Assembly: GCA_965222955.1 (NCBI GenBank)
Contig: OZ244974.1
Span: forward strand, 2,077,940-2,141,939
Direction of reading: 5' to 3'
Source of the DNA: Hyphomicrobiales bacterium
GTDB taxonomy: Bacteria > Pseudomonadota > Alphaproteobacteria > Rhizobiales > CBDCVD01
DNA: 64,000 nucleotides
Part shown: positions 20,228 through 31,800 of the stretch, piece after piece
How positions within the stretch are numbered: the stretch's first letter is position 1
How the letters are laid out: every line of letters begins with the position of its first letter
The notes under the pieces: generated by a model
Seen by the model: only the letters and a program-made list of their open reading frames with translations
What the model was told of the DNA's origin: nothing
Database searches by the model: none
Translations under genes and position numbers: made by a program

Positions 20228-21564
20228 CGCCTGCCTCCGCGAAGCCTCGATTTTCTGATCAGGCCCTCATACTGATGCGCCAGCAGATGCCCCTGAACCT
20301 GGGCCACCGTGTCCATAGTCACGCTGACGGCGATCAGCAGGGAGGTACCGCCAAAAATCATCGCAATTCCCGAATAGGAGCGGAAAAACTCCGGTATCAA
20401 GCAGATAAACGCCAGATACAACGCGCCAACCGTGGTGATGCGCATAAGCACGTAATCGATATATGCGGCGGTACGCTCGCCAGGTCGAATACCAGGAATA
20501 AAGCCGCCTTGCTTTTTCAGATTATCCGCTGTCTCGCTCGGCTTGAAAACCAGGGCGGTGTAAAAGAAGGCGAAAAAGATAATAAACCCCGCATAGAGAA
20601 GCAGAAACAATGGCTGGCCGGGGCCCAGATAGGCGGCGACGGCACCAAAGAATCCGGTCGACTCCGCGCCCTGCCCGCTGGCAAAACTTGTCACCGTGGC
20701 GGGCATTAAAAGAAGCGAGGAGGCAAAAATCGGCGGAATAACGCCAGCCGTATTGAGTTTCAGCGGCAGATGCGACTGATCCCCCTGAAACATGCGATTG
20801 CCCATTTGCCGCTTCGGATATTGCACAATCAATCGCCGCTGGGCGCGCTCCATAAACACAATCAGGACGATAATCGCAACAGCGGCAACCAGAACCCCGA
20901 GGATCAGAGGCGTCGATAACTCCCCGGTGCGGCCGCTTTCGAACAACTGCGACAACGCGCCGGGAAATTCTGCCACAATGCCGGCGAAAATGATCAACGA
21001 GATACCGTTGCCCACACCGCGTGCCGTGATCTGCTCGCCCAACCACATCAAAAACAGCGTGCCGCCTACCAGGGTAATGACCGCCGAAATGCGAAAGAAC
21101 AGGCCAGGATCAAGAACAAGGGTGCCCGAGCGCTCAAGGCCGATGGCCAGACCGAACGCCTGCACCGTGGCCAGTAATACCGTCAGATAGCGCGTATACT
21201 GATTGATCGTGCGCCGACCCTGCTCGCCCTCCTTCTTTAACGCCTCAAAGCTGGGCACCACGGCGGTCATCAACTGAACGATGATCGAGGCGGAAATATA
21301 GGGCATGATACCCAGGGCAAAAATCGCCATACGCCCCACCGCCCCGCCGGTGAAGACGTTAAAAAGGCCAACCACACCCCCTTGCAGGCGATCAAGAAAG
21401 CTGGCCAACTCAACGGGATTAATGCCAGGCAGGGGAACAAATGTGCCGAAGCGGTATACCAGGAGGGCGCCGAGAGTAAACCAGATACGCTTCTTCAGTT
21501 CATCTGCCTTGGCGAAGGCGGCAAAATTGATATTTGCCGCAAGCTGTTCTGCTGCTGAAGCCAT
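20224..21564 (-). CDS. secY: Preprotein translocase subunit SecY
   Basis: 446 aa; 10-TM SecY sequence ([28 protein letters not shown]). Confidence 0.97.
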   Translation of the reverse strand: MASAAEQLAANINFAAFAKADELKKRIWFTLGALLVYRFGTFVPLPGINPVELASFLDRLQGGVVGLFNVFTGGAVGRMAIFALGIMPYISASIIVQLMTAVVPSFEALKKEGEQGRRTINQYTRYLTVLLATVQAFGLAIGLERSGTLVLDPGLFFRISAVITLVGGTLFLMWLGEQITARGVGNGISLIIFAGIVAEFPGALSQLFESGRTGELSTPLILGVLVAAVAIIVLIVFMERAQRRLIVQYPKRQMGNRMFQGDQSHLPLKLNTAGVIPPIFASSLLLMPATVTSFASGQGAESTGFFGAVAAYLGPGQPLFLLLYAGFIIFFAFFYTALVFKPSETADNLKKQGGFIPGIRPGERTAAYIDYVLMRITTVGALYLAFICLIPEFFRSYSGIAMIFGGTSLLIAVSVTMDTVAQVQGHLLAHQYEGLIRKSRLRGGRR

Positions 21565-21583
21565 AATGTGTCAAGCGAGAGTG

Positions 21584-22111
21584 CTAGCCTTGATCTGTCG
21601 GGGTCGATTGGGATGGTTCATCGGGTGCCGCATTCGCGCCAGTCGCACCAGAAACGGACAAGCGAAGGGAGCCGCCGCTCTTTTCCACCTTTTCGCGTGC
21701 CGTCTTCGAGGCACCAGCGAGGGAAAATTCAAGGGCCGTCTTCACTTCACCTCCGCCCAGAAGCCGCACGCCATCGTGAATGCGGCGAATAACCCCGGCA
21801 TCCTTCAGCGCCTGCGCATCAATAAGGACATTGCCGTCGAGTTTACCCGCATCAATGGCCATCTGGACACGGCCGACATTCACGGCGTTGAACTTTTTGG
21901 CAAAAATGTTGTTAAAGCCCCGTTTGGGCAGGCGCATATGGATGGGCATCTGCCCGCCCTCAAAGCCTTTGATGGCAACGCCGGAACGCGATTTCTGCCC
22001 CTTCATGCCCCGCCCGGCGGTCTTGCCCTTGCCGCAGCCAATGCCGCGCCCGAGCCGTCGTCCGGATTTTCGTGCGCCGGCCGTATCGCGCAGCGCATTG
22101 AGTTTTGTCAT
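21584..22111 (-). CDS. rplO: 50S ribosomal protein L15
   Basis: 175 aa; RRLGRGIGCGKGKTAGRGMKGQKSRSG; C-terminal low-complexity extension. Confidence 0.95.
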   Translation of the reverse strand: MTKLNALRDTAGARKSGRRLGRGIGCGKGKTAGRGMKGQKSRSGVAIKGFEGGQMPIHMRLPKRGFNNIFAKKFNAVNVGRVQMAIDAGKLDGNVLIDAQALKDAGVIRRIHDGVRLLGGGEVKTALEFSLAGASKTAREKVEKSGGSLRLSVSGATGANAAPDEPSQSTPTDQG

Positions 22112-22115
22112 AGCC

Positions 22116-22316
22116 TTATTCCTCGACGATCCGCACCATATGGCTCACCTTGGCGATCATACCGCGCACCGCGGGCGTATCCTCAAGGCGCCGCCGGCGG
22201 CCGATTTTGTTCAATCCCAGTCCGATCAGGGTGCGGCGCTGGTCCCTGGTGCGCCGAATAGGGCTGCCCGTCTGTTCGACAACCACCATTTCCTTTGTCT
22301 GCCCCTTACGTGCCAT
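22116..22316 (-). CDS. rpmD: 50S ribosomal protein L30
   Basis: 66 aa; position between rpsE and rplO and L30-like sequence ([13 protein letters not shown]). Confidence 0.92.
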   Translation of the reverse strand: MARKGQTKEMVVVEQTGSPIRRTRDQRRTLIGLGLNKIGRRRRLEDTPAVRGMIAKVSHMVRIVEE

Positions 22317-22413
22317 GAGTTATATCTCCTGCGTCTTGCGATGCCGACACCCTGGCTGCGCGCACAATGAAGTCTTCGTCACAATGCTGTCGCCGTGCCA
22401 CGCCCGTCAAGCG

Positions 22414-22992
22414 CTATGCGCTTTGCGCTTCGGGCGCCTCTTGCACTTGCTGTATCTCTTGCGCCTCTTGCGGTTGTGCAATGCGGCGGCGCGCCTGAAG
22501 GGCTGAGACTTTCATGCCGCGACGCACGGCAACGGCGCGCGGGCTGTCCTGTTTGCGCAGCGCGGCGAATGTCGCGCGAACCATGTTATACGGATTTGAC
22601 GTGCCAAGGGATTTGGCGACGACATCGTGCATGCCAAGCGCCTCAAAGACTGCGCGCATCGGCCCGCCGGCGATAATGCCCGTTCCCGGCGGAGCGGTAC
22701 GCAGCACCACCTTGCCTGCCCCGAAGCGCCCGCGCACGTCATGGTGCAGGGTTCGTCCCTCGCGCAGGGGTACGCGGATCATCTCACGCTTGGCCGCATC
22801 GGTGGCCTTGCGGATGGCTTCCGGCACCTCACGCGCCTTGCCATGACCGAAGCCGGCGCGGCCCTTTTGATCGCCGACGACCACCAGGGCGGCAAAGCCG
22901 AACCGGCGACCGCCCTTGACCACCTTGGCGACACGATTGATATGGACGAGGCGGTCAATAAACTCGCCGTCGCGTTCTTCGTTTCTTGCCAT
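22414..22992 (-). CDS. rpsE: 30S ribosomal protein S5
   Basis: 192 aa; [24 protein letters not shown]; Q/E-rich C-terminal extension. Confidence 0.96.
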   Translation of the reverse strand: MARNEERDGEFIDRLVHINRVAKVVKGGRRFGFAALVVVGDQKGRAGFGHGKAREVPEAIRKATDAAKREMIRVPLREGRTLHHDVRGRFGAGKVVLRTAPPGTGIIAGGPMRAVFEALGMHDVVAKSLGTSNPYNMVRATFAALRKQDSPRAVAVRRGMKVSALQARRRIAQPQEAQEIQQVQEAPEAQSA

Positions 22993-23037
22993 CGCTTGGT
23001 TCGCTCTATCCTGTTCGACTATTGTCCGCTATCGTCT

Positions 23038-23400
23038 TTAAAACGACAGCCCCGTTTTCCTGGCAGCATCCGCCAGGGCTTTAACCCGTCCGTGATACAG
23101 ATAGCCGCCACGGTCAAAGACGACCTCCTTCACACCCGCCGCCACGGCGCGCTCGCCGATCAATTTGCCCACATGGCCAGCCGCTTCGCAATCGGCACCA
23201 CTGCGCAGCGTGTCTTTCAATGCGGCGCTAAGGCTGGAGGCGTGGGCGATTGTCACCCCCTTTTTATCATCGATAACCTGGGCGTATATGTTCTTCGATG
23301 AGCGAAACACGCTGAGCCTGGGACGATCCGTTGCATGTTTGCGCAATGATCGCCGCACCCGCTGGCGCCGCCGCTTTGATTTTGCTGCTGTATTCGCCAT
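23038..23400 (-). CDS. rplR: 50S ribosomal protein L18
   Basis: 120 aa; [19 protein letters not shown]...[20 protein letters not shown]. Confidence 0.96.
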   Translation of the reverse strand: MANTAAKSKRRRQRVRRSLRKHATDRPRLSVFRSSKNIYAQVIDDKKGVTIAHASSLSAALKDTLRSGADCEAAGHVGKLIGERAVAAGVKEVVFDRGGYLYHGRVKALADAARKTGLSF

Positions 23401-23411
23401 AAGCCCGATCC

Positions 23412-23945
23412 TTACTTTTTCTTGCCTTCCTTACGGCGCACATATTCATCCACATAGCGCACCCCCTTGCCCTTATAGGGCTCGGGCGGCCGAAAGCGGC
23501 GGATTTCAGCCGCCACCTGTCCCACCTTTTGCTTGTCGATGCCACTGACGACGATCTCCGTCTGGCTCGGGCAAGCAAGCGTAATCCCCTCGGGCGCCTC
23601 ATAGACCACATCGTGCGACAGGCCAAGGGACAAGTGTACCGCCGTGCCCTGCATTTGCGCCCGATAACCAACGCCCTGAAGGCGCAGGCGCTTTTCGAAC
23701 CCCTTGCCGACACCCTCGATGATATTGTGCACCAGCGTGCGCGATAACCCCCAGCAGGCGCGCGCGCGCTTGCTCTCATCCGCCGGCGTGATATTCAGCC
23801 GGCCCTCATCCAGGGCCACCCGAACGTCCTTGACAAGTTCAACATGCAAACTGCCCTGCGGGCCCTTTGCGCGTACAATCTGCCCTTCCACCGCCAAGCT
23901 TATCCCGTCGGGAACCGTGATTTCCTTACTGCCAATTCGAGACAT
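23412..23945 (-). CDS. rplF: 50S ribosomal protein L6
   Basis: 177 aa; [12 protein letters not shown]...[11 protein letters not shown]. Confidence 0.96.
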   Translation of the reverse strand: MSRIGSKEITVPDGISLAVEGQIVRAKGPQGSLHVELVKDVRVALDEGRLNITPADESKRARACWGLSRTLVHNIIEGVGKGFEKRLRLQGVGYRAQMQGTAVHLSLGLSHDVVYEAPEGITLACPSQTEIVVSGIDKQKVGQVAAEIRRFRPPEPYKGKGVRYVDEYVRRKEGKKK

Positions 23946-24038
23946 TGTTGTGTCCGTTCATTTCACCATTCTACCAGTATCGTGCCGGCGCGGCGCCCCC
24001 GGGCGCCGTTCGCGCCCGATCGTGTGGCCTCACGGGCA

Positions 24039-24437
24039 TCAGAATATCTGACACAGAACCTCGCCACCGACATTATGGTCGCGCGCCTGCCTGTCAGACA
24101 TAATCCCCTTCGATGTGGAGAGGATGGAGACGCCCAGACCGTTCGCCACGACGGGAATTGTCTTGACCGAGGTGTAAACACGGCGCCCGGGTTTGGAGAC
24201 GCGTGTCAGGTTGCGGATCACCGGCTCACCGTCGTAATATTTCAGTTCGATTTCGATTTCCTTGCGGCCGTTGTCGTATTCGATCTGCGCATAGTCGCGA
24301 ATATAGCCTTCCGACTTCAACACATCGAGAACACTGGCACGCACCCGCGAGGCGGGCGTTGAAACACGCGGTCTGTTGCGCATGGTGGCGTTACGAATGC
24401 GCGTTAGCATATCACCGATCGGATCATTTACACCCAT
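24039..24437 (-). CDS. rpsH: 30S ribosomal protein S8
   Basis: 132 aa; [13 protein letters not shown]...GGEVLCQIF. Confidence 0.96.
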   Translation of the reverse strand: MGVNDPIGDMLTRIRNATMRNRPRVSTPASRVRASVLDVLKSEGYIRDYAQIEYDNGRKEIEIELKYYDGEPVIRNLTRVSKPGRRVYTSVKTIPVVANGLGVSILSTSKGIMSDRQARDHNVGGEVLCQIF

Positions 24438-24446
24438 ATCTTTACC

Positions 24447-24752
24447 CTACCAGCTCGACTTGACCATGCCGGGGATTTGTCCTTCTCCGGCCAATTGCCG
24501 CATCGCGATACGCGACATGCGCGTTTTGCGATAGAACCCGCGCGGGCGGCCCGATAATTCGCAGCGGTTGCGAATGCGGGTCTTGCTGCCATCGCGCGGC
24601 ATCGCGGCAAGGCGCATACTGGCCGTAAAACGCTCGTCCAGCGGGCGCGCCTTGTCCATGATAACCGCCTTGAGCGCCGCCCGCCGTTTCGCCTCAACGG
24701 CAACGCGTTTGCGCCGGTGTTTGTTCTTTTCGATCGCACTAACCTTAGCCAT
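24447..24752 (-). CDS. rpsN: 30S ribosomal protein S14
   Basis: 101 aa; RNRCELSGRPRGFYRKTRMSRIAMRQLAGEGQIPGMVKSSW. Confidence 0.96.
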   Translation of the reverse strand: MAKVSAIEKNKHRRKRVAVEAKRRAALKAVIMDKARPLDERFTASMRLAAMPRDGSKTRIRNRCELSGRPRGFYRKTRMSRIAMRQLAGEGQIPGMVKSSW

Positions 24753-24781
24753 GCAAGCACCCTCTTTGCTGATTACCGTTC

Positions 24782-25339
24782 TTACTTGCGAAACGGAAAA
24801 TTAAACTCACGAAGCAGCGCGCGCGCCGTATCGTCATCGCGCGCCGTGGTGCAGACGATCACATCAAGCCCCCAGATAGAATCGGCCTTGTCGTAATCGA
24901 TCTCGGGAAACACGATATGTTCCTTGATCCCCATGGCGAAATTGCCGCGGCCATCAAAACTGTTCGGATTAAGGCCGCGAAAATCGCGCACCCGCGGCAG
25001 GGCGATGGTAATCAACCGGTCTATGAAGTCATACATACGCGCCTTGCGCAACGTGACCTTGGCGCCTATGGGCATATTGTCGCGCAGTTTAAACGATGCG
25101 ATCGACTTGCGCGCCCTTGTGACAACAGCCCGTTGGCCGGCAATCAGGGTAAGATCGTTTGCCGCCGAGGCCGCCTTTTTTGAATCAGCCGTCGCCGCAC
25201 CGATCCCCATGTTAAGAACGACCTTTTCCAGCCGGGGCACCTGCATAATGTTGGCACAACCCAGTTCGCGCATGAGTTTATCGCGCATGAGCGTCTCATA
25301 GTCGGTCTTCAAGCGCGGACAATAAGCGGTCTCAGCCAT
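24782..25339 (-). CDS. rplE: 50S ribosomal protein L5
   Basis: 185 aa from the ATG at [15 protein letters not shown]. The upstream ORF extension overlaps rplX in another frame; the ATG lies within the rplX stop region. Confidence 0.95.
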   Translation of the reverse strand: MAETAYCPRLKTDYETLMRDKLMRELGCANIMQVPRLEKVVLNMGIGAATADSKKAASAANDLTLIAGQRAVVTRARKSIASFKLRDNMPIGAKVTLRKARMYDFIDRLITIALPRVRDFRGLNPNSFDGRGNFAMGIKEHIVFPEIDYDKADSIWGLDVIVCTTARDDDTARALLREFNFPFRK

Positions 25340-25655
25340 CGATCGTCTCTCCGGATTTGCGCGCCACGCGAACCTTGCGACCATCCTTGAGCTGCGTATA
25401 GCCAATGCGCGTCGCGGTATCGTCCCTGGGATCGGCGATAGCCAGATTGGAAATGTGAACAGGCGCCTCGCGGCGGATAATGCCGGCCTCCTGCGCCGCC
25501 GTCTGGCGCTGGTGCCGGCTGACCATATTGATGCCCTGTACCAGCGCACGATTTTGCCGCGGCATAACCTTGAGTACCTCGCCTTTGCGTCCCTTGTCGC
25601 GGCCGGCAAGAACGATCACCCGATCGCCTTTTCTGATTTTGCATTTAATGGTCAT
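25332..25655 (-). CDS. rplX: 50S ribosomal protein L24
   Basis: 107 aa; [25 protein letters not shown]. Confidence 0.96.
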   Translation of the reverse strand: MTIKCKIRKGDRVIVLAGRDKGRKGEVLKVMPRQNRALVQGINMVSRHQRQTAAQEAGIIRREAPVHISNLAIADPRDDTATRIGYTQLKDGRKVRVARKSGETIDG

Positions 25656-25656
25656 G

Positions 25657-26025
25657 TCATAACACCTCGGGGGCGAGGGAAATAATCTTCATGTGCTTTT
25701 TAGCGCGCAGTTCCCGTGTAACGGGGCCGAAGATGCGCGTGCCGATAGGCTCGCCCTGGTTGTTGATCAACACCGCGGCATTGCGATCAAAGCGAATGAC
25801 ACTGCCATCGCCGCGGCGGATATCCTTGGCGGTGCGCACAACAACGGCGCGCATCACATCGCCCTTTTTGACGCGGCCGCGCGGGATCGCCTCCTTGATG
25901 CTGACGACAATAATATCGCCCACCGAGGCATAGCGCCGCCGCGATCCGCCAAGCACCTTGATGCACATAACGCGGCGGGCGCCGGAATTATCCGCCACGT
26001 CCAAACTTGACTGCATTTGAATCAT
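25657..26025 (-). CDS. rplN: 50S ribosomal protein L14
   Basis: 122 aa; [27 protein letters not shown]. Confidence 0.97.
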   Translation of the reverse strand: MIQMQSSLDVADNSGARRVMCIKVLGGSRRRYASVGDIIVVSIKEAIPRGRVKKGDVMRAVVVRTAKDIRRGDGSVIRFDRNAAVLINNQGEPIGTRIFGPVTRELRAKKHMKIISLAPEVL

Positions 26026-26041
26026 GTGCTCGCTTTCTGTC

Positions 26042-26075
26042 CTAGAGCGTGTCAGATCTTAATCAGCGGTATCTA
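26042..26075. repeat. A-type terminus fragment between rpsQ and rplN
   Basis: ctagagcgtgtcagatcttaatcagcggtatc. Confidence 0.6.
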
Positions 26076-26110
26076 CCAGCCATATCCGCTTTGGCCCACC
26101 GGTCCGGCAT

Positions 26111-26350
26111 TTATTCCGAGCCGGCGGCAACTACCGTCCATTGTTTTGTCTTCGAAATCGGCCGGCATTCCTGAATAAACACGGAATCGCCAACCTTGTT
26201 CGCATTGTCCGCATCGTGGGCGTGATACTTCTTGGTTCGCCGCACCGTCTTCTTTAAAAGCGGATGGGTATAGCGCCGCTCGACGCGCACCACAACCGTC
26301 TTGTCCTGTTTGTCGCTGACAACAGTGCCTTGTAAAATGCGCTTGGGCAT
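26111..26350 (-). CDS. rpsQ: 30S ribosomal protein S17
   Basis: 79 aa; [31 protein letters not shown]. Confidence 0.96.
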   Translation of the reverse strand: MPKRILQGTVVSDKQDKTVVVRVERRYTHPLLKKTVRRTKKYHAHDADNANKVGDSVFIQECRPISKTKQWTVVAAGSE

Positions 26351-26353
26351 AGA

Positions 26354-26560
26354 CTAACTCCCGCTTTCGCTTTCCTGGCCCGCTTCGTTGATAACCGTCT
26401 TGATACGCGCAATACCGCGGCGCACCTGGCGGATGCGGCCGGTGTTCTCAAGCTGCCCGGACGCCTTTTGAAAACGCAAGTTAAAGCGCTCCTTCTTCAG
26501 GCTTTCCAACTGCTCATCAAGCTGATCGCGCGACAACATTCTCACATCGGCAATTTTCAT
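26354..26560 (-). CDS. rpmC: 50S ribosomal protein L29
   Basis: 68 aa; [20 protein letters not shown]. Confidence 0.94.
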   Translation of the reverse strand: MKIADVRMLSRDQLDEQLESLKKERFNLRFQKASGQLENTGRIRQVRRGIARIKTVINEAGQESESGS

Positions 26561-26591
26561 AACCCGCTCTCGTGTTCTTTCCCGCTCTCGC

Positions 26592-27005
26592 CTAATCGCC
26601 CAGGCGCGTCACAAAACGCGTCTTGACGGGAAGTTTCATGGCGCCCAGACGCAGCGCCTCGCGCGCCAGCGGCTCGGGCACGCCGTCAATCTCGAACATG
26701 ATGCGCCCGGGCTTTACCCGCACGCACCAGAATTCGGGCGTTCCCTTACCCTTGCCCATACGCACTTCGATGGGCTTTTTTGAGACGGGAACATCCGGAA
26801 AAATCCGAATCCAGACACGTCCGGCGCGTTTCATATGGCGCGTCATGGCGCGGCGCGCGGCCTCGATCTGGCGCGCCGTAATGCGCTCCGGCTCCTGCGC
26901 CTTAATACCAAAGGAGCCGAACACCAGCGTCGTTCCCGCCTTGGCATTCCCGCGAATGCGGCCCTTGTGCTGCTTGCGAAATTTCGTCCGTTTTGGTTGC
27001 AGCAT
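26592..27005 (-). CDS. rplP: 50S ribosomal protein L16
   Basis: 137 aa; [16 protein letters not shown]. Confidence 0.97.
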   Translation of the reverse strand: MLQPKRTKFRKQHKGRIRGNAKAGTTLVFGSFGIKAQEPERITARQIEAARRAMTRHMKRAGRVWIRIFPDVPVSKKPIEVRMGKGKGTPEFWCVRVKPGRIMFEIDGVPEPLAREALRLGAMKLPVKTRFVTRLGD

Positions 27006-27062
27006 AATCGTATTCCTGTTCTTTCATACCAGCCAGACCAGCCATACCGGCGGCATCGGTCT

Positions 27063-27100
27063 TACCAGAGCGTGTCATATCTTGACAGAACCATTGTCGT
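27063..27100. repeat. A-type terminus fragment between rpsC and rplP
   Basis: ccagagcgtgtcatatcttgacagaaccattgtcg; compare ctagagcgtgtcaggtcttaatagaaccattctgacg at 54818. Confidence 0.6.
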
Positions 27101-27173
27101 CTCAATCGAGGATATCTGCCAATATCCCCGGTGCTGGTCCGGTAGGCGGCTATCGCTTGCGTTCTCTCACCGA

Positions 27174-27872
27174 TCAGTTTGTCCCGGAACGGCGCCGTGT
27201 ATCGCGGCCCTCCATGGCCTTGCGCTCCTGTGCCAACGGGTCGTGCTCCATGATCTCGCCCTTGTAAATCCAGACCTTGATACCGCACGCCCCATAAGCG
27301 GTACGCGCCGTGGCGATGCCGTAATCGATATTGGCGCGCAATGTATGCAGAGGCACCTGGCCCTCGCGATACCATTCCGTCCGCGCGATCTCGGCGCCCC
27401 CCAAACGACCGGCGCTGTTGATGCGAATGCCCTTGGCGCCCAGACGCTGGGCATTCTGCATGGCCCGTTTCATGGCGCGGCGAAAGGCGACCCGGCGCTC
27501 AAGCTGCTGGGCGACCGCATGGGCGACAAGGCAGGCATCGGCTTCGGGTTTTCGCACCTCGACGATATTGATATGCACATCGCTGGCGGTAATCTTGCGA
27601 ACGCGCTGCTTGAGTTTTTCGATATCGGCACCCTTTTTGCCGATAACAATGCCGGGGCGCGCCGTATGAATGGTGATCTGGCACTTGCGGTGCGGCCGCT
27701 CGATGGTAATCCGCGAAATCGCCGCCTGCTTCAGGGCCTCATTGAGCAGGGCGCGGATTTTAATGTCCTCGTGCAACAGCGAGCCGTAGTCATGCTTGCC
27801 CGCGTACCAGCGCGAGTCCCATGTGCGGTTGATGCCCAGGCGCATGCCGATCGGATTGACTTTCTGGCCCAT
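27174..27872 (-). CDS. rpsC: 30S ribosomal protein S3
   Basis: 232 aa; [24 protein letters not shown]; shares one nt with the rplV stop. Confidence 0.97.
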   Translation of the reverse strand: MGQKVNPIGMRLGINRTWDSRWYAGKHDYGSLLHEDIKIRALLNEALKQAAISRITIERPHRKCQITIHTARPGIVIGKKGADIEKLKQRVRKITASDVHINIVEVRKPEADACLVAHAVAQQLERRVAFRRAMKRAMQNAQRLGAKGIRINSAGRLGGAEIARTEWYREGQVPLHTLRANIDYGIATARTAYGACGIKVWIYKGEIMEHDPLAQERKAMEGRDTRRRSGTN

Positions 27873-28252
27873 CAGGCGCTCTCCTCCAACTCGCGTACAA
27901 TGATTGTCAAGTGAGAAAACGGCTTGACAATCCGCCCCGCCCGACCACGGGCGCGGGCGCGCCAGCGCTTCATGACGATCGATTTTCCCACATAGGCCTG
28001 GGCGACGACCAATGCATCGACGTCGAGACCATGGTTGTTTTCCGCATTCGCAATGGCCGCCTCAAGGGTCTTCATGACCGTTGAAGCGATACGTTTGCGG
28101 CAAAAAGTCAGATCAGCAATGGCTTGCTCCACCCGCTTGCCGCGTATCATCGCGGCCACAAGGTTCAGCTTTTGCGGGCTGACCCGGATGGTACGCGCAA
28201 CCGCACACGCTTCATTTTCTGCCAACCGGGTTGGCTTTTTGGCTTTGCCCAT
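27872..28252 (-). CDS. rplV: 50S ribosomal protein L22
   Basis: 126 aa; [17 protein letters not shown]. Confidence 0.96.
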   Translation of the reverse strand: MGKAKKPTRLAENEACAVARTIRVSPQKLNLVAAMIRGKRVEQAIADLTFCRKRIASTVMKTLEAAIANAENNHGLDVDALVVAQAYVGKSIVMKRWRARARGRAGRIVKPFSHLTIIVRELEESA

Positions 28253-28264
28253 GACGGCTCCTGG

Positions 28265-28543
28265 TTATCTTCGTCGCGCCTTTTTATCGGCGGCATGGCC
28301 GTAGTAGGTTCGCGTCGGGGCGAACTCGCCCAGTTTGTGGCCGATCATATCCTCGGTAATGAATACCGGGATGTGCTTGCGGCCGTTATAGACGGCGAAT
28401 GTGACGCCAACGAATTGCGGCAGAATGGTCGAACGTCGCGACCAGGTTTTAATCGCCTGGCTGCGCCCCGAACTGCGTACCGCATCGACTTTTTTCATCA
28501 GATAGCCGTCGACAAAAGGCCCTTTCCACACCGAACGTCCCAC
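28265..28543 (-). CDS. rpsS: 30S ribosomal protein S19
   Basis: 92 aa; SVWKGPFVD...[16 protein letters not shown]. Confidence 0.97.
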   Translation of the reverse strand: MGRSVWKGPFVDGYLMKKVDAVRSSGRSQAIKTWSRRSTILPQFVGVTFAVYNGRKHIPVFITEDMIGHKLGEFAPTRTYYGHAADKKARRR

Positions 28544-28603
28544 GATTTTATCCTTTACCTGCCTTGCGCTGTCCTGATTTGCCCTGTCATCGAACCCTTA
28601 AGG

Positions 28604-29443
28604 CTAGCGCCGCTTCTTGCGCTGATGGCGACTGCGAACAATATACTTGTCGGTTTGCTTGTTGTTGCGGGTGCGCGCACCCTTTGTCGATTTGCCCCAG
28701 GGGGTGACCGGATGACGGCCGCCGGAGGAACGCCCCTCGCCACCGCCATGGGGGTGATCGATGGGATTCATGGCAACCCCGCGCACCGATGGACGTTTGC
28801 CAAGCCAGCGTTTGCGCCCGGCCTTGCCCAGATTGGTATTGCTGTTGTCAGGATTGGAGACGGCGCCGATACTCGCCATACAGCGCGCCAGAACGCGCCG
28901 CTGCTCCCCCGAATTCAACCGCAACAGAGCGTAATCGCCATCGCGCCCGACCAGTTGCGCATAGGTACCCGCAGCGCGCGCGATCTGGCCCCCCTTGCCG
29001 GGTTTCATCTCAATATTGTGGACAATCGTGCCGATGGGTATATTGGCCATGGGCATGGCGTTGCCCGGCTTGACGTCGACCTGCTCGCCCGAGATCACCC
29101 GATCCCCCACGGCAACCCGTTGGGGCGCCAGAATATATGCGATTTCCCCGTCGTCGTATGTAAGCAGCGCAATAAAGGCCGAGCGGTTCGGATCGTATTC
29201 GATACGCTCAATGACGGCGCTTATATCATGCCGGTTACGTTTGAAATCGACAATGCGATAGAGCCGTTTATGGCCACCGCCACGGCGGCGCGCCGTCAGG
29301 CGGCCATGATTATTGCGCCCGCCCTTTTTACTCAGCCCCTGGGTCAGCGCCTTTACGGGTCTGCCCCGGTGCAGCCCGGCGCGCTCGACCGTGATCAACT
29401 GCCGTTGACCAGGGGTGGTCGGATTGTATGTTTTCAAACCCAT
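28604..29443 (-). CDS. rplB: 50S ribosomal protein L2
   Basis: 279 aa; [22 protein letters not shown]. Confidence 0.97.
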   Translation of the reverse strand: MGLKTYNPTTPGQRQLITVERAGLHRGRPVKALTQGLSKKGGRNNHGRLTARRRGGGHKRLYRIVDFKRNRHDISAVIERIEYDPNRSAFIALLTYDDGEIAYILAPQRVAVGDRVISGEQVDVKPGNAMPMANIPIGTIVHNIEMKPGKGGQIARAAGTYAQLVGRDGDYALLRLNSGEQRRVLARCMASIGAVSNPDNSNTNLGKAGRKRWLGKRPSVRGVAMNPIDHPHGGGEGRSSGGRHPVTPWGKSTKGARTRNNKQTDKYIVRSRHQRKKRR

Positions 29444-29536
29444 GGCATTTCTTTCCGCAACATCTGTTGTCGATGTCTCTTATCCTGTCGTTCCGGCTTT
29501 ATGACCGCTGTATTGCTCTGTGGAGCCTGTCATGTC

Positions 29537-29842
29537 CTATAAGCCCGTGGTGATATCGATCGACTCGCCCGGCGCGAGGGTTACAATGGCCTTCTTGATC
29601 GCTTTCTGCCGCCCGAAGCGACCACGAAATCCTTTCAGTTTCCCTTTTCGTATCAAAGTGTTCACCGCCGTCACCTTGACCGAGAACAACGTCTCCACAG
29701 CCCCCTTGATCGCCGGCTTGCTGGCGCCGATGGCGACATTGAAAACTACCTGATTGGCCTCAGATGCCAGCGTCGACTTCTCGGTAATCACCGGCGAGAG
29801 TATGATGTCGTAGGCATCCGCCCTACCCGATATATGCTTCAT
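29537..29842 (-). CDS. rplW: 50S ribosomal protein L23
   Basis: 101 aa; position between rplD and rplB and L23-like sequence ([28 protein letters not shown]). Confidence 0.95.
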   Translation of the reverse strand: MKHISGRADAYDIILSPVITEKSTLASEANQVVFNVAIGASKPAIKGAVETLFSVKVTAVNTLIRKGKLKGFRGRFGRQKAIKKAIVTLAPGESIDITTGL

Positions 29843-30456
29843 GCAAGCCGCTCCTGTAGCGCCTCAACCGCAGCCTTCGAGAGCATCAGCGTATCGCGGC
29901 GCATAATGTCGTACACATTAATCCCAACACTCGGCAGAACATCAATATTGGGCACATTGCGCGTCGCGCGGCTGACGTTCTCATCCACGCGATCGCCGGT
30001 GATGATCAGCGCTGAAGTGATCCCAAGTGCGCCCAGTTGCGCGCGCAACGCTTTTGTCTTGCCGGTTGCAACCACCTCATCGACGACAATCAGTTTATCG
30101 TCCTTGAGCTTGGCGGACAGGGCATGACGCAGCGCCAGTTTGCGCACTTTTTTCGGCAATCCGATGGCATGGGAACGCACGAGCGGTCCAAACGCCTTGC
30201 CGCCGCCGCGAAATAACGGCGCACTCGCCGCCCCGTGACGGGCGCCGCCGGAGCCCTTTTGGCGATAGATTTTCTTGCCCGTGCGGGCAATCTCCGAACG
30301 CCGCTTCGTCTTGTGGGTTCCGGCGCGCCGCCTGGCCAGTTGATAACGTACCATGCGCTGCAATATATCGGCGCGTGGCGCAAGGCCAAAGACGCTCTCC
30401 GAGACAGCGAGCGTCCCGGCGCTCTTACCCTCCAATGTGGTGATATTGAGTTCCAT
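29839..30456 (-). CDS. rplD: 50S ribosomal protein L4
   Basis: 205 aa; [26 protein letters not shown]. Confidence 0.96.
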   Translation of the reverse strand: MELNITTLEGKSAGTLAVSESVFGLAPRADILQRMVRYQLARRRAGTHKTKRRSEIARTGKKIYRQKGSGGARHGAASAPLFRGGGKAFGPLVRSHAIGLPKKVRKLALRHALSAKLKDDKLIVVDEVVATGKTKALRAQLGALGITSALIITGDRVDENVSRATRNVPNIDVLPSVGINVYDIMRRDTLMLSKAAVEALQERLA

Positions 30457-31247
30457 CAGACGGTCTCCCCGGCCCCCGTATCGCCATTGCCGGCGGTTTG
30501 CGCGGCATCGCCTATGTCGCTTTTATCATGGGCATCCCTGGCAACGGTGGCGTCCGCTTCTTTGGCTTTCCTCGCCGCGATAAAGGCGCCCGGCACCGGC
30601 GCCTCTTCCGGCAGGGCCCGCTTGCAGGCATCACGCAGGCGCACCCATCCGCCCCTGGCGCCGGGAACGGCGCCGCGCACAAGAATAAGGCCGCGCGCCG
30701 GGTCCGTTTTCACAACCCGCAGGTTTTGCACCGTGACCGTTTCATCCCCCATATGGCCAGCCATTTTCTTACCCTTGAAGACCTTGCCCGGGTTTTGGTT
30801 CTGCCCCGTCGAGCCGTGGCTGCGGTGACTGACGGAGACCCCGTGAGAGGCTCGCAGGCCCTTGAAATTATGACGTTTCATGGCGCCGGCAAATCCCTTG
30901 CCAATAGAGGTTGCGGTGGCATCCACGTACTGGCCGGCGACGAAATGATCCGCGGTGATCTCGGCGCCGACGTCAATCAGATTTTCGGCGCTGACGCGAA
31001 ACTCCGCCAGACGATAGCGCGGCGCCACATTGGCCTTGGCGAAATGGCCGCGCTGCGCCTTCGACAGACGTCCTGCCCTGGCCGCGCCGGCGCCCAGCTG
31101 GACGGCCGTATAGCCGTCTTTTTCCTCGTTGCGCTGGGCGACGACCTGGCATTTGTCCAGATGCAGGACGGTCACGGGCACGTGCCGGCCATTCTCATCG
31201 AATACGCGGGTCATTCCCATCTTTTGCGCGATCACACCGCAACGCAT
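30456..31247 (-). CDS. rplC: 50S ribosomal protein L3
   Basis: 263 aa; [20 protein letters not shown]...[28 protein letters not shown]; about 40-aa low-complexity C-terminal tail. Confidence 0.96.
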   Translation of the reverse strand: MRCGVIAQKMGMTRVFDENGRHVPVTVLHLDKCQVVAQRNEEKDGYTAVQLGAGAARAGRLSKAQRGHFAKANVAPRYRLAEFRVSAENLIDVGAEITADHFVAGQYVDATATSIGKGFAGAMKRHNFKGLRASHGVSVSHRSHGSTGQNQNPGKVFKGKKMAGHMGDETVTVQNLRVVKTDPARGLILVRGAVPGARGGWVRLRDACKRALPEEAPVPGAFIAARKAKEADATVARDAHDKSDIGDAAQTAGNGDTGAGETV

Positions 31248-31298
31248 GGCTTATTCCTTCATTACTCGCAGCCCACGTGTTCCGTGGCCCGGCTAGTT

Positions 31299-31436
31299 GT
31301 GATCTTTAAGCAGGTGTATCCAGGACCGGCAAACCTGAAGTGATCTTTTTGCGGCCTTTGCCACCACAAAGACCATACCGGGCCATCCATCTGCACCCGA
31401 TCAGTTTACCACGAACCACCTGTTGCAATGACACCG
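31299..31436. mobile_element. E-type element between rpsJ and rplC
   Basis: gtgatctttaagcaggtgtatcc...cacgaaccacctgttgcaatgacaccg. CTAG occurs on both flanks (31293 and the rpsJ stop at 31437). Confidence 0.7.
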
Positions 31437-31745
31437 CTAGAGCTTGATCTCCACATCGACACCGGCGGCAAGATCGAGTTTCATCAACGCATCGACCGTC
31501 TGCGGCGTTGGATCCACGATATCCAAAAGGCGCTTATGGGTGCGAATTTCGAATTGCTCGCGACTTTTCTTGTCCACGTGCGGCGAGCGGTTTACGGTGA
31601 ATTTCTCGATACGCGTCGGCAGCGGAATGGGACCGCGAACCTGCGCCCCCGTACGCTTTGCCGTCGAGACAATCTCGCGCGTCGACGTATCCAGAACACG
31701 ATGATCAAAGGCCTTTAAACGAATGCGTATGTTTTGACGATCCAT
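31437..31745 (-). CDS. rpsJ: 30S ribosomal protein S10
   Basis: 102 aa; [14 protein letters not shown]...[22 protein letters not shown]. Confidence 0.97.
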   Translation of the reverse strand: MDRQNIRIRLKAFDHRVLDTSTREIVSTAKRTGAQVRGPIPLPTRIEKFTVNRSPHVDKKSREQFEIRTHKRLLDIVDPTPQTVDALMKLDLAAGVDVEIKL

Positions 31746-31800
31746 AAATAACCCGTAGAGTGTTAGCGGTGACGATCACGGGGCGCTGCGGCGCCGCCTG

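Noticed and set aside
26835-29542. Long plus-strand ORFs (359 aa and 472 aa) antisense to rplP-rpsC-rplV-rpsS-rplB
   Set aside because: These are typical stop-poor antisense frames of GC-rich coding DNA. They fully overlap highly conserved ribosomal genes and are Arg/Ala/Gly/Pro-rich with no recognisable domain. The same applies to 40081..41139, 41288..42697, 61161..62369, 21305..22261, 15153..15980 and 621..1469.
31746-31800. Degenerate match to the A-type terminus (ccgtagagtgttagcgg) upstream of rpsJ
   Set aside because: There are too many mismatches and indels relative to ctagagcgtgtcaggt to distinguish it from chance.
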